Positions 8,933-16,530 of a stretch of 61,454 nucleotides of DNA are shown here, in pieces. Position numbers and translations under genes: made by a program. Numbering within the stretch: the stretch's first letter is position 1; each line of letters starts with the position of its first letter. The notes under the pieces are model-generated. The model did not search any database. It saw only the letters and a program-made list of their open reading frames with translations, and was not told where the DNA came from. This DNA comes from a virus. Its lineage: Duplodnaviria > Caudoviricetes. The stretch spans positions 1 to 61,454 of IMG/VR virus record IMGVR_UViG_3300021368_000782. One strand, 5' to 3'.

Positions 8933-9700
8933 ATGGAAATCCCTGATATTAGAATCAAGGGCGGAGATATTGATATTATTCGTATCCCCATGACCCCTGA
9001 TTATTTGTTAGAACCACCTCAAGCATTACAAGTCCCTGTTCCTATCACAAACCAGATCGGTGTGCCCATCGTGGACATCCCTGGTTGTGTTGAGGCACAT
9101 GAGGTGGATGAAAATAATATGCTTGAAAGTGATGACCCAAAGGGTGTCAAGGTATATTGTGATGGTCAGACACCATCTTTCAATCCCATTGATTACAATG
9201 CGAATAAACTAAAGTATGAGTATGAGGCACCTATACCGCCTGTAAGACCACCAGAACCACCAGAAACAAAAACACCTGAAACGCCCAAGACAAAAGTACC
9301 CGAAATAAAATGTCCTACAGAAGTGCAACAATTAGAAGCACCTGTGGGTACACTGACTGATGCTGGTAAGAAAAAGATTGTAGAGTATCGAATTGTTGAA
9401 AAACAATGTGTTGCAATCAAAGATGATCTGCAGATAGTTGATCAGTTTGTCCAAGCAGTTCCATCAATAGGACAAGTTACAACCACAGCAGGTATCACTG
9501 TTATCGCAACTGCTGCAGCAACTGCAACACCTTTCTTACTAAAGATTGTCAAACCAATTGTTAAACAATTAATTAAAAAGATCAAGAAGGCACTAGGAAA
9601 AGAACCTCCTAAGTTATCTCCAAATGAGATTCGCGCCAATAAGTATAGAGAAAAGAAAGGGTTGCCTGAACTCAAGCAACCCAAGAAGAAGAAATTATAG
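8933..9700 (+). CDS. Pro-rich membrane hypothetical protein
   Basis: 255 aa, Cys pairs, C-terminal TM followed by a basic tail. Confidence 0.8.
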   Translation: MEIPDIRIKGGDIDIIRIPMTPDYLLEPPQALQVPVPITNQIGVPIVDIPGCVEAHEVDENNMLESDDPKGVKVYCDGQTPSFNPIDYNANKLKYEYEAPIPPVRPPEPPETKTPETPKTKVPEIKCPTEVQQLEAPVGTLTDAGKKKIVEYRIVEKQCVAIKDDLQIVDQFVQAVPSIGQVTTTAGITVIATAAATATPFLLKIVKPIVKQLIKKIKKALGKEPPKLSPNEIRANKYREKKGLPELKQPKKKKL

Positions 9701-9940
9701 ACCAGGAAGAGAAGGTGTTGGAACAGCAGGACCAGTTGTACTAGGTAACGCTGGTTTCATACTGTCACCAAGCATACCAGGAAGTGCTCCTGCAATTGCT
9801 TCTGTTGCTGCTTTAGCCACTTTTTCTTTCGCACTTTCAATCAGTGCATCTTTTTGGATGTAGACATAAACTCCACCACCAATAATAGAAGCAGTACCTA
9901 GAAACGATAGTACAGCGAGAGTGTTAATAATCTTTTGCAT
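9695..9940 (-). CDS. hypothetical membrane protein
   Basis: MQKIINTLAVLSF... TM helix. Confidence 0.7.
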   Translation of the reverse strand: MQKIINTLAVLSFLGTASIIGGGVYVYIQKDALIESAKEKVAKAATEAIAGALPGMLGDSMKPALPSTTGPAVPTPSLPGL

Positions 9941-9976
9941 TGTAATACATATAATAAGACTATTTTTATTTAGAAA

Positions 9977-10141
9977 ATGCAGAAGCAAAAATTGAAAGAC
10001 ATATTCAGTCGTCTTCGATCCATTATTGATGAATTGGAATCTGAAATCTATTCAGACCCTGCTGCATACACAAAACCAGTTGGTGATCCTAAGTTTGGGT
10101 TCTACGCCCCAGGTGAAGATGACGATGGATATCCAGATTAA
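9977..10141 (+). CDS. hypothetical protein (54 aa)
   Basis: MQKQKLKDIFSRLRSIIDELESEIYSD...DDDGYPD*. Confidence 0.65.
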   Translation: MQKQKLKDIFSRLRSIIDELESEIYSDPAAYTKPVGDPKFGFYAPGEDDDGYPD

Positions 10142-10155
10142 GTTTTTATAAAACT

Positions 10156-10206
10156 GTATAGCATGTTACAGAATAACTTGACTAAATAGAGCATAAGGTC
10201 TATACT
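10156..10206 (+). promoter_or_regulatory. NtcA box plus sigma70-type promoter
   Basis: GTA-tagcatgt-TAC at 10156-10169; TTGACT-N17-TATACT at 10178-10206. Confidence 0.75.
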
Positions 10207-10223
10207 AGACCTACGTTCATCCC

Positions 10224-10424
10224 ATGTTAAGTTTCTTACTGGCGATGACCTTAGCCCATCATAATGACGGGTCACCTTATGGGTGGCACATGACTTGTGA
10301 AAGGTTCTTACAGAGACGAATAGAAATCCAAATGGATCCCAACCTAGACCAACGGTCTAAGTGGAATCTGATAGGATATCTTAAGTCAAAAGTAGAAGGT
10401 CAATGCGAGGGGACATTTACATGA
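10224..10424 (+). CDS. small protein nested in aptamer 1 loop
   Basis: 66 aa; ATG in the 5' P2 arm, TGA in the 3' P2 arm; C-x35-C. Confidence 0.65.
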   Translation: MLSFLLAMTLAHHNDGSPYGWHMTCERFLQRRIEIQMDPNLDQRSKWNLIGYLKSKVEGQCEGTFT

Positions 10425-10459
10425 GACGCAAGTAAGTCGCGGAACGGAGCGTTCATCCC

Positions 10460-10621
10460 ATGTTTGAACTACTACTTTATGCTGATATAAAATGCACCGA
10501 TGCTGCTGATATACTCAGACGCCTCGATGCCCATCAGCATATAGCTAATGAGATCAAGGTAGAGATTGTTGAAACCATAAAGGAATCAACACCTCATTGT
10601 CCATGGGACGCAAACGACTGA
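10460..10621 (+). CDS. small protein nested in aptamer 2 loop
   Basis: MFELLLYADIKCTDAADILRRLDAHQHIANEIKVEIVETIKESTPHCPWDAND*; C-x34-C. Confidence 0.65.
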   Translation: MFELLLYADIKCTDAADILRRLDAHQHIANEIKVEIVETIKESTPHCPWDAND

Positions 10622-10663
10622 AGGAACGGGGCTAAAAATCCCTAGTATTTCAGGAGTAAACTT

Positions 10664-10828
10664 ATGAACACCCTCAACCTAATCAAAAAGCAAATCAACA
10701 AAGCTGCAGCACTGCACGATGCTCAGATTGCTATGACTACCTATCGTGGTGTCAAGTATGAGTGTCAACAAGGCGGTGAGGAAGTACATGGTACTTTCTG
10801 CTATCGCGGTCACTCTTACGCTAAGTGA
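10664..10828 (+). CDS. DUF4278-like YRG peptide
   Basis: AGGAG RBS; MNTLNLIKKQINKAAALHDAQIAMTTYRGVKYE...FCYRGHSYAK*, with two YRG motifs. Confidence 0.8.
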   Translation: MNTLNLIKKQINKAAALHDAQIAMTTYRGVKYECQQGGEEVHGTFCYRGHSYAK

Positions 10829-10835
10829 GGATGAC

Positions 10836-10931
10836 ATGTTAGCACTACAGGTAGTTGGACTCACATCCATAGGATGTGTCGCGTTCATTGGAATGATCTA
10901 TGGTGAGCTTATCCTCTTATCGAGAGGGTGA
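10836..10931 (+). CDS. 31-aa membrane peptide
   Basis: GAGG RBS; MLALQVVGLTSIGCVAFIGMIYGELILLSRG*. Confidence 0.55.
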   Translation: MLALQVVGLTSIGCVAFIGMIYGELILLSRG

Positions 10932-10932
10932 A

Positions 10933-11106
10933 ATGACCGAGAACTATGTCTATCATGATGATGACATGGATAAAGATACAAGACCACCGTCTTGTTATCA
11001 ACTCAAATATAGAGGCGTAACATACTGGTCTTGTTACCGCATTCATTTGAAAGACTACTTTGAACAATTGCTATCGGTTGAACCGATGTATAACAGGAGG
11101 GGTTGA
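10933..11106 (+). CDS. second YRG-motif (DUF4278-like) peptide
   Basis: QLKYRGVTY motif. Confidence 0.6.
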   Translation: MTENYVYHDDDMDKDTRPPSCYQLKYRGVTYWSCYRIHLKDYFEQLLSVEPMYNRRG

Positions 11107-11135
11107 CGCCCTTCCTTTTTTATTGTATAATATAG

Positions 11136-11187
11136 CTTCCGTGTGAAGGAAGTGTAAAGACAGGGTTTAAGAACCCTGTCTTTTTTT
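11136..11187 (+). ncRNA. putative ~50 nt sRNA
   Basis: Promoter TTGACG-N17-TATAAT (11103-11131); hairpin CUUCC-GUGUGAA-GGAAG; terminator GACAGGGUU...AACCCUGUC-U7. Confidence 0.6.
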
Positions 11188-11195
11188 GTAGAAAT

Positions 11196-11209
11196 GTATT
11201 GAAATATAC
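11196..11209. promoter_or_regulatory. NtcA-type box
   Basis: tGTA-ttgaaata-TACa. Confidence 0.6.
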
Positions 11210-11321
11210 AAATGTTAGTTAAATTAACTTACGATGTATAGATAGTATAGAATTATGCGAGGTGCTATCATGAACCCTAACCCCTCCCCTATAGTATGTA
11301 ATGAATTGTTAGGAGGATATC

Positions 11322-11495
11322 ATGCACAACATTCTGTCTCGCAGTCAGCTAGATGAGTGGCGTCATTTTGAAAATACGATCGATGAGTTTGACTCTGATT
11401 TAGATAGAATCAATGACTACTACGAGTGCTTAATTGAGTGCGAAGAATCAGCGGCATCATGTAAACGAATATGTAAGGAAGTACTTATGGATTGA
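11322..11495 (+). CDS. small Cys-rich protein (57 aa)
   Basis: AGGAGG RBS; ...DYYECLIECEESAASCKRICKEVLMD*; followed by a terminator at about 11507-11533. Confidence 0.75.
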   Translation: MHNILSRSQLDEWRHFENTIDEFDSDLDRINDYYECLIECEESAASCKRICKEVLMD

Positions 11496-11566
11496 AAATG
11501 ATGCTTGGGGGGGTTGCGACCCCCTCTTTTTTTGTGTATAATTAGTATCAGAATGGCTAAATAGTA

Positions 11567-11785
11567 ATGTATACGATATGGATTCACACAGTTGCATTTT
11601 TCCAAGTGGTCGTTATGAATTGTATTCAACCCACCAACTGGCAGTATTGCTATCGTGTGGACCAGTGGTTGATACCTGATCTCATTGAAGGAATAATGAT
11701 ATACACTGGAGAAAAGACTCCATATCAATCAGAAAAGGAATACTTAAAAAGTGTACAGGGAACCGCATCTTCAGGAGAAGAGTGA
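11567..11785 (+). CDS. hypothetical protein
   Basis: 72 aa ORF after TAAATA. Confidence 0.7.
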   Translation: MYTIWIHTVAFFQVVVMNCIQPTNWQYCYRVDQWLIPDLIEGIMIYTGEKTPYQSEKEYLKSVQGTASSGEE

Positions 11786-11950
11786 TGAATGTGCCCGCCT
11801 TTGGAGGGAGTGGGAAACTCTGTGGCGAAAAAAGCATTAGGTGCGCCAGAGGCGAGAGAAAAGTGGGGTCAATGTGTGATTGAATTTGGTGAAATGGTAA
11901 GTCAGGAAGTCAAGACAAATCCAAGATATAGGGACATGAGGAAGATATAG
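11751..11950 (+). CDS. hypothetical protein split by a putative -1 frameshift
   Basis: GTG start; A_AAA_AAG at 11828-11834 in phase; the -1 frame stays open to TAG at 11948-11950. Confidence 0.55.
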
Positions 11951-11972
11951 ATAGTGTAGTTGCTAAGACTAA

Positions 11973-12296
11973 ATGAAGTTCTTTTTTGCACTTCTTGCTA
12001 CACTCTTTCTTGCTACACCTGCTTGGGCTGTAGATGTCCAAATGGGTTCTGGTGGTAACTTGATTTTTGAACCAGCTGATGTTACAATATCAGCAGGAGA
12101 ATCAGTTCATTTCGTGAACAATATGCTTCCTCCACATAATGTGATCGTCGAAGATCATCCAGAACTTGGACATGAGGCACTTGCTATGCTTCCTGGTGAA
12201 GAGTTTGATGTTGCATTCCCCGAGCCTGGTGACTATACTTATTGGTGTGGTCCTCACAAGGGTGCTGGTATGATTGGGACGGTACATGTTGAATGA
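11973..12296 (+). CDS. petE: plastocyanin
   Basis: Signal peptide, PHNV, YWCGPHKGAGM copper ligands. Confidence 0.96.
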   Translation: MKFFFALLATLFLATPAWAVDVQMGSGGNLIFEPADVTISAGESVHFVNNMLPPHNVIVEDHPELGHEALAMLPGEEFDVAFPEPGDYTYWCGPHKGAGMIGTVHVE

Positions 12297-12970
12297 TGTA
12301 TACCCACAACTATATGAAAATCTTTCTTGATACTGCCGACATTGACGAGATTCGCGCTGCGAATGAGACTGGTCTAATTGACGGTGTGACTACTAATCCT
12401 ACTCTTATTCTTAGAGCTGGGAGGACTCTAGAGGATGTTGCCAAACAACTCATTGAAGAGTTTCCACATTTTGAAAGTGTATCTACTGAGGTTGTAGCAG
12501 ACACTTCCGAAGAAATGATTGCTCAAGCGCAAAAGTTTATCGGTCTTGGTCCTGCAATCACAATCAAACTACCTTGTACTATTGAAGGTCTTAAAGCATG
12601 TAAAGTGCTTAATAAGGCTGGAGTCAAAACTAATGTGACTCTCATCTTTAGTGCTGCACAAGCAGTTCTCGCTGCTAAATCTGGTGCAACATATGTTTCT
12701 CCTTTTGTAGGAAGACTAGATGATCAATCAGTTGCAGGTCTTGAAGTAGTTCGATCTATCACTGAGTTGTATTGTCGATGGGGAGTTAGAACACAGGTTC
12801 TTTCTGCATCTATCAGAAGTGTTCAGCGTGCTGTACGCTCTTGGTATAATGGTGCGGAAGTCGTGACAATGCCCCCCAAAATCTTTTGGCAGATGTATAA
12901 TCATATTCTAACCGAAGATGGGTTAGATAGATTCCAAAAAGATTGGGACGCCGCTAATGCAGAACTTTAA
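12293..12970 (+). CDS. talC: transaldolase (TalC/MipB type)
   Basis: KIFLDTAD, GVTTNPTLI, YVSPFVGRLDD; start may be at MKIFLD. Confidence 0.96.
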   Translation: MMYTHNYMKIFLDTADIDEIRAANETGLIDGVTTNPTLILRAGRTLEDVAKQLIEEFPHFESVSTEVVADTSEEMIAQAQKFIGLGPAITIKLPCTIEGLKACKVLNKAGVKTNVTLIFSAAQAVLAAKSGATYVSPFVGRLDDQSVAGLEVVRSITELYCRWGVRTQVLSASIRSVQRAVRSWYNGAEVVTMPPKIFWQMYNHILTEDGLDRFQKDWDAANAEL

Positions 12971-13460
12971 TCAATTTGTATTAAATTTCACAATTTCAAT
13001 TATCGACTACCTCTACCGAGGTAGACCGTTTCAACGTTTCTGGGTGCTTGAGGAAATTGCTCGGGCACCCTATTTTGCTTTTTTAAGTGTGCTACATTTA
13101 CGCGAATCTATGGGTTTGCGTGGTCCAGAACACATCTATTTGATGGAGGAACATTTTGCTCAAACACTTAACGAAACAGAACATCTTGAGTATATGGAGA
13201 GCAGGGGTGGTAGTGCTTATTGGGTGGATCGCTTTTTCGCCAGACACCTCGTACTTATCTACTATTGGGTCAACGTGGTTTATTATTGGGTGGCTCCTCG
13301 CGCTGCTTACCATCTCTCCTACGAAATAGAGATCCACGCCGCGACTACATATGCTAAGTATCTTGCAGATTATGGTCATGATGACAAGATTCTAGAAATC
13401 TTGAACGATGAATTACATCATTCAAAAGAACTCAAAGAAGCAATGGAGATGATCAATTGA
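12957..13460 (+). CDS. ptox: plastoquinol terminal oxidase
   Basis: RFWVLEEIARAPYFAF, NETEHL, EIEIHA, DELHH di-iron motifs. Confidence 0.95.
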   Translation: MQNFNQFVLNFTISIIDYLYRGRPFQRFWVLEEIARAPYFAFLSVLHLRESMGLRGPEHIYLMEEHFAQTLNETEHLEYMESRGGSAYWVDRFFARHLVLIYYWVNVVYYWVAPRAAYHLSYEIEIHAATTYAKYLADYGHDDKILEILNDELHHSKELKEAMEMIN

Positions 13461-13669
13461 CCAAAACAATTATCCTCATTGGGTGTTTTACACCACTTGT
13501 AATTATCTACATAGTAATGAAACTTGCTGTGTGGATTTCTGCAGTCAATTCTGAAACAGAATATGTCAAACAAGAACCCTTCAGAAAACGAGGACCTTAT
13601 GTGGCAGATGCATATGCAGACGTTGACGAGGAGGAAGAGGAGTATGGAGATCGCACAGATTATCGATAA
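13457..13669 (+). CDS. hypothetical membrane protein
   Basis: 70 aa ORF with TM and acidic tail. Confidence 0.65.
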   Translation: MTKTIILIGCFTPLVIIYIVMKLAVWISAVNSETEYVKQEPFRKRGPYVADAYADVDEEEEEYGDRTDYR

Positions 13670-13790
13670 TGCTCTGGAAGAGTATTATTCGGAACAAGGT
13701 CTGCCAGTTCCTAACTGGAAACAACGAAAAGATCCACAATGGTGGATCGATTATCTTAAAGAACTAAACACTGATCCAAACAATCCATGA
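13644..13790 (+). CDS. hypothetical protein
   Basis: MEIAQIIDNALEEYY...DPQWWIDYL. Confidence 0.6.
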   Translation: MEIAQIIDNALEEYYSEQGLPVPNWKQRKDPQWWIDYLKELNTDPNNP

Positions 13791-14824
13791 AAGTAGGAAT
13801 TATCGGACTCGGCCGGATGGGAGAAGGAATGTCCCGTCGTATGATCAAAGCAGGAATTGAAGTCCATGGGTATCGCAACAATGTTCAAAAAGCTGAGGAA
13901 CAATATGAGAAGGGTTATATCAGTGGATATACCACTTCTCTGGAAAGCCTTGTTCAAGTAGTACACAATCAGGAGGGAATGGTCGGCAGGGCACCTGGCA
14001 TCTTTATGATGGTAGTGCCGGCAGAAACAGTAGAGGACACAATCAATGAGTTATTACAGTTTTGTGTGGAGGGAGATATTATTATTGATCATGGTAATAG
14101 TAATTTTAAAGACACTCGCAGACGAGCAGACAGGCTTGCTAAATTGGGCATCTCGTATCTTGACTGTGGCACTAGTGGCGGTGTGTACGGTTTGGACCGT
14201 GGATACTGTCTTATGGTTGGTGGTGCAAATTTTGCAGTATCCGCCTGCGCTCCAATCTTTAGGGCACTCGCACCCGGCATTGGAGCTGCCTCTCGTACAG
14301 ATCCCCTCAGTTATGAAACAAGCGCCGAGCATGGTTGGTTACATTGTGGACCACCTGGAGCAGGTCATTTTGTAAAGATGGTGCATAATGGGATCGAGTA
14401 TGGTATAATGCAAGCATATGCGGAGGGATTCAACATCTTACACGAAGCAAATGCAGGATCCAAGTATGTCAAAGCAGGAGACGCAGAGGTTGCTCCAATG
14501 GACTGTCCAGCAGATTACTGCTATGACATTGACGTTTCTGAAGTGGCTGAGTTATGGCGCCGCGGTAGTGTGGTTGGGTCTTGGTTGCTTGATCTTAGTG
14601 CGGATGTACTTAGGGGCAATAGAGAGCTTACTAACTTCGATGGGGGCGTCTCCGATAGTGGGGAAGGTCGTTGGACTTTGCATACTGCTGTGGACCTTGG
14701 CGTACCGTCTCCTGTTATCAGCAGTGCGTTGTGGTCTCGCTTTGAGTCACGCCGTCTTGGTGCTTTCGCAGCCAAGGTTCTGAATGGAATGAGATTTAAG
14801 TTTGGGGGACATGATGTTAGGTGA
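13787..14824 (+). CDS. gnd: 6-phosphogluconate dehydrogenase
   Basis: GLGRMG, DHGNS, GHFVKMVHNGIEYG, DSGEGRW, FGGH. Confidence 0.97.
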   Translation: MKVGIIGLGRMGEGMSRRMIKAGIEVHGYRNNVQKAEEQYEKGYISGYTTSLESLVQVVHNQEGMVGRAPGIFMMVVPAETVEDTINELLQFCVEGDIIIDHGNSNFKDTRRRADRLAKLGISYLDCGTSGGVYGLDRGYCLMVGGANFAVSACAPIFRALAPGIGAASRTDPLSYETSAEHGWLHCGPPGAGHFVKMVHNGIEYGIMQAYAEGFNILHEANAGSKYVKAGDAEVAPMDCPADYCYDIDVSEVAELWRRGSVVGSWLLDLSADVLRGNRELTNFDGGVSDSGEGRWTLHTAVDLGVPSPVISSALWSRFESRRLGAFAAKVLNGMRFKFGGHDVR

Positions 14825-14942
14825 CTTCTTATTATGGATATCCATACCGTTTGTATGTGCCACCTTCGCATTTGGACGACTTAAAGGTGAAAATGACTAT
14901 TACGACTCGGACGACTACGATGGAAACGGAACCGCTCACTAG
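14811..14942 (+). CDS. ndhP: NDH-1 subunit NdhP homologue (43 aa)
   Basis: MMLGDFLLWISIPFVCATFAFGRLKGENDYYDSDDYDGNGTAH*; single TM plus the YDSDxYxGNGxAH terminus characteristic of NdhP. Confidence 0.82.
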   Translation: MMLGDFLLWISIPFVCATFAFGRLKGENDYYDSDDYDGNGTAH

Positions 14943-16260
14943 AGGGATTGTTATCTTTGGTGCAACAGGAGACCTGTGTAAAAAGAAACTAATCCCTGCA
15001 CTTTATAAACTTTGGCAGAAAGAACTTCTACCAGAGAATTTTCTTATCACTGGAAGTGCTAGGAGAGAACCAACTGCAGAAATGTGGAAACAATCTCTTG
15101 GTGAATATCCAGCTGATTTTTTACAGCATTTAGATTATCAATGTGCTGATCTGGACAATGTTGAAACATTGAAAAACTTACCAGAGTACATTGATGACAT
15201 GACATATTTTCTGTCCGTACCGCCAGAACGCTATGAAAATGCTATCATCCATCTCAAAGAAGCAGGATGTCTCGACGACCCAGACCACTCCCGTTTGGTT
15301 GTGGAAAAACCCTTTGGGCACGATTATAAATCTGCTCATCATCTACAGTCTGTGGTTGAGCGACACCTACGCGAGAAACAAGTCTATCGTATTGACCATT
15401 ATCTTGGTAAAGATACTGTCAATAATATTCTTGCTACAAGGTTTAGCAATATTCTTCTTGAACCACTTTGGAACAGGCAACACATAGAAGAAGTACAGAT
15501 CTTTGCAACCGAAACATTTGGTTGTGATGGTCGAGCACAATACTATGATACTGCAGGTGCAGTTAGAGATATGCTTCAAAACCATATCTTACAGGTGTTT
15601 TCCCTGATTGCTATGGAACCTCCTTGCCGAATGGATGCAAAAGAAGTTCGTCGTGAGAAAACGAAAGTTCTTGCTGCTACTAGATTGGGGAGGGATACAA
15701 TCCTTGGACAATACGAAAAATATAAAGATGAAGAGGGTGTTAATCCTAACAGTCACACTCCTACCTTCGTTGCTGGTACTTTATTCTGTGATAACTGGCG
15801 TTGGCAGGACGTTCCTTTTCGCGTCATGACTGGTAAGAACATGCCCTATGGGTGTGTTGAAGTTGTGATCAAACTTAAAGCCCCACCGCTAAAACTATAT
15901 GAAGGTGAAGTTGGTGATCGCATTGTTATGCGTTTACAGCCTAATCCCCATCTTGATATTAGGATGGACATTAAGTCACCTGGACTTAACAATGAGTTGG
16001 AACTAGCAACTCTTACCCATGCATATCCACAGGATAGAGCAATTGATGGTTACGAGAAACTTCTAAATGATGCTATTAATGGAGATCAATCTAATTTCGT
16101 CCACGCTGACGAAGTTATGGAATCCTGGAGGATCGTTGATGATCTTCTCTGTACTGGTGACAAGTGTGCCATTCGTACTGTTCCTTATCTCTATCTCCCA
16201 GGAACATGGGGACCACAACACATAACTGAAAGAATTACTAGTTGGGATTATCCAGCATGA
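14920..16260 (+). CDS. zwf: glucose-6-phosphate dehydrogenase
   Basis: IFGATGDL, EKPFG, YRIDHYLGK, RDMLQNH. The likely start is the ATG at 14920; the longer N-terminus in the ORF track overlaps ndhP. Confidence 0.96.
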   Translation: METEPLTRGIVIFGATGDLCKKKLIPALYKLWQKELLPENFLITGSARREPTAEMWKQSLGEYPADFLQHLDYQCADLDNVETLKNLPEYIDDMTYFLSVPPERYENAIIHLKEAGCLDDPDHSRLVVEKPFGHDYKSAHHLQSVVERHLREKQVYRIDHYLGKDTVNNILATRFSNILLEPLWNRQHIEEVQIFATETFGCDGRAQYYDTAGAVRDMLQNHILQVFSLIAMEPPCRMDAKEVRREKTKVLAATRLGRDTILGQYEKYKDEEGVNPNSHTPTFVAGTLFCDNWRWQDVPFRVMTGKNMPYGCVEVVIKLKAPPLKLYEGEVGDRIVMRLQPNPHLDIRMDIKSPGLNNELELATLTHAYPQDRAIDGYEKLLNDAINGDQSNFVHADEVMESWRIVDDLLCTGDKCAIRTVPYLYLPGTWGPQHITERITSWDYPA

Positions 16261-16341
16261 CAACAATATTCATATTTGTTTTCATAACGTTGTTAACTCT
16301 TGGTATGGAACTAACATGGCCAATTAAATACAGAGGGTAAC

Positions 16342-16503
16342 ATGCATACAGTTCAACTGCTCGTTAGATCAGTTATGCAGACTCCATGGTGCTTAGGCGT
16401 CATGGGGTTCTTTTTGGTTTTTGTCCCTGTATTGGGGATGTGGGCAGTCCACCATTATGGTTGGGAACACTGGGAACCATTTGACAAGAAGCACAAGGAG
16501 TGA
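16342..16503 (+). CDS. small membrane protein
   Basis: MHTVQLLVRSVMQTPWCLGVMGFFLVFVPVLGMWAVHHYGWEHWEPF...*. Confidence 0.65.
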   Translation: MHTVQLLVRSVMQTPWCLGVMGFFLVFVPVLGMWAVHHYGWEHWEPFDKKHKE

Positions 16504-16509
16504 TATACT
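16481..16509 (+). promoter_or_regulatory. sigma70-type early promoter
   Basis: TTGACA-N17-TATACT ahead of the polymerase operon. Confidence 0.75.
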
Positions 16510-16530
16510 AGTAGGACTCAACCTCTACCT

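Larger units (their letters stand above)
10214..10628 (+). ncRNA. tandem glutamine riboswitch-like (glnA / Downstream-peptide type) leader with ORFs in both P2 loops
   Basis: Two units of CGUUCAUCCC...GACGCAA...GGAACG (10214-10446 and 10450-10628). P1 pairs CGUUC/GAACG; P2 pairs UCCCAUG/CAUGGGA. Confidence 0.7.

Noticed and set aside
11322-11495. CP12 call for the Cys-rich small protein near talC
   Set aside because: It lacks the AWD.VEEL and C-terminal C..NP...EC..Y CP12 motifs.
14821-14919. N-terminal extension of zwf in the ORF track
   Set aside because: Explained by the overlapping ndhP in another frame; G6PD homology begins after Met 14920.
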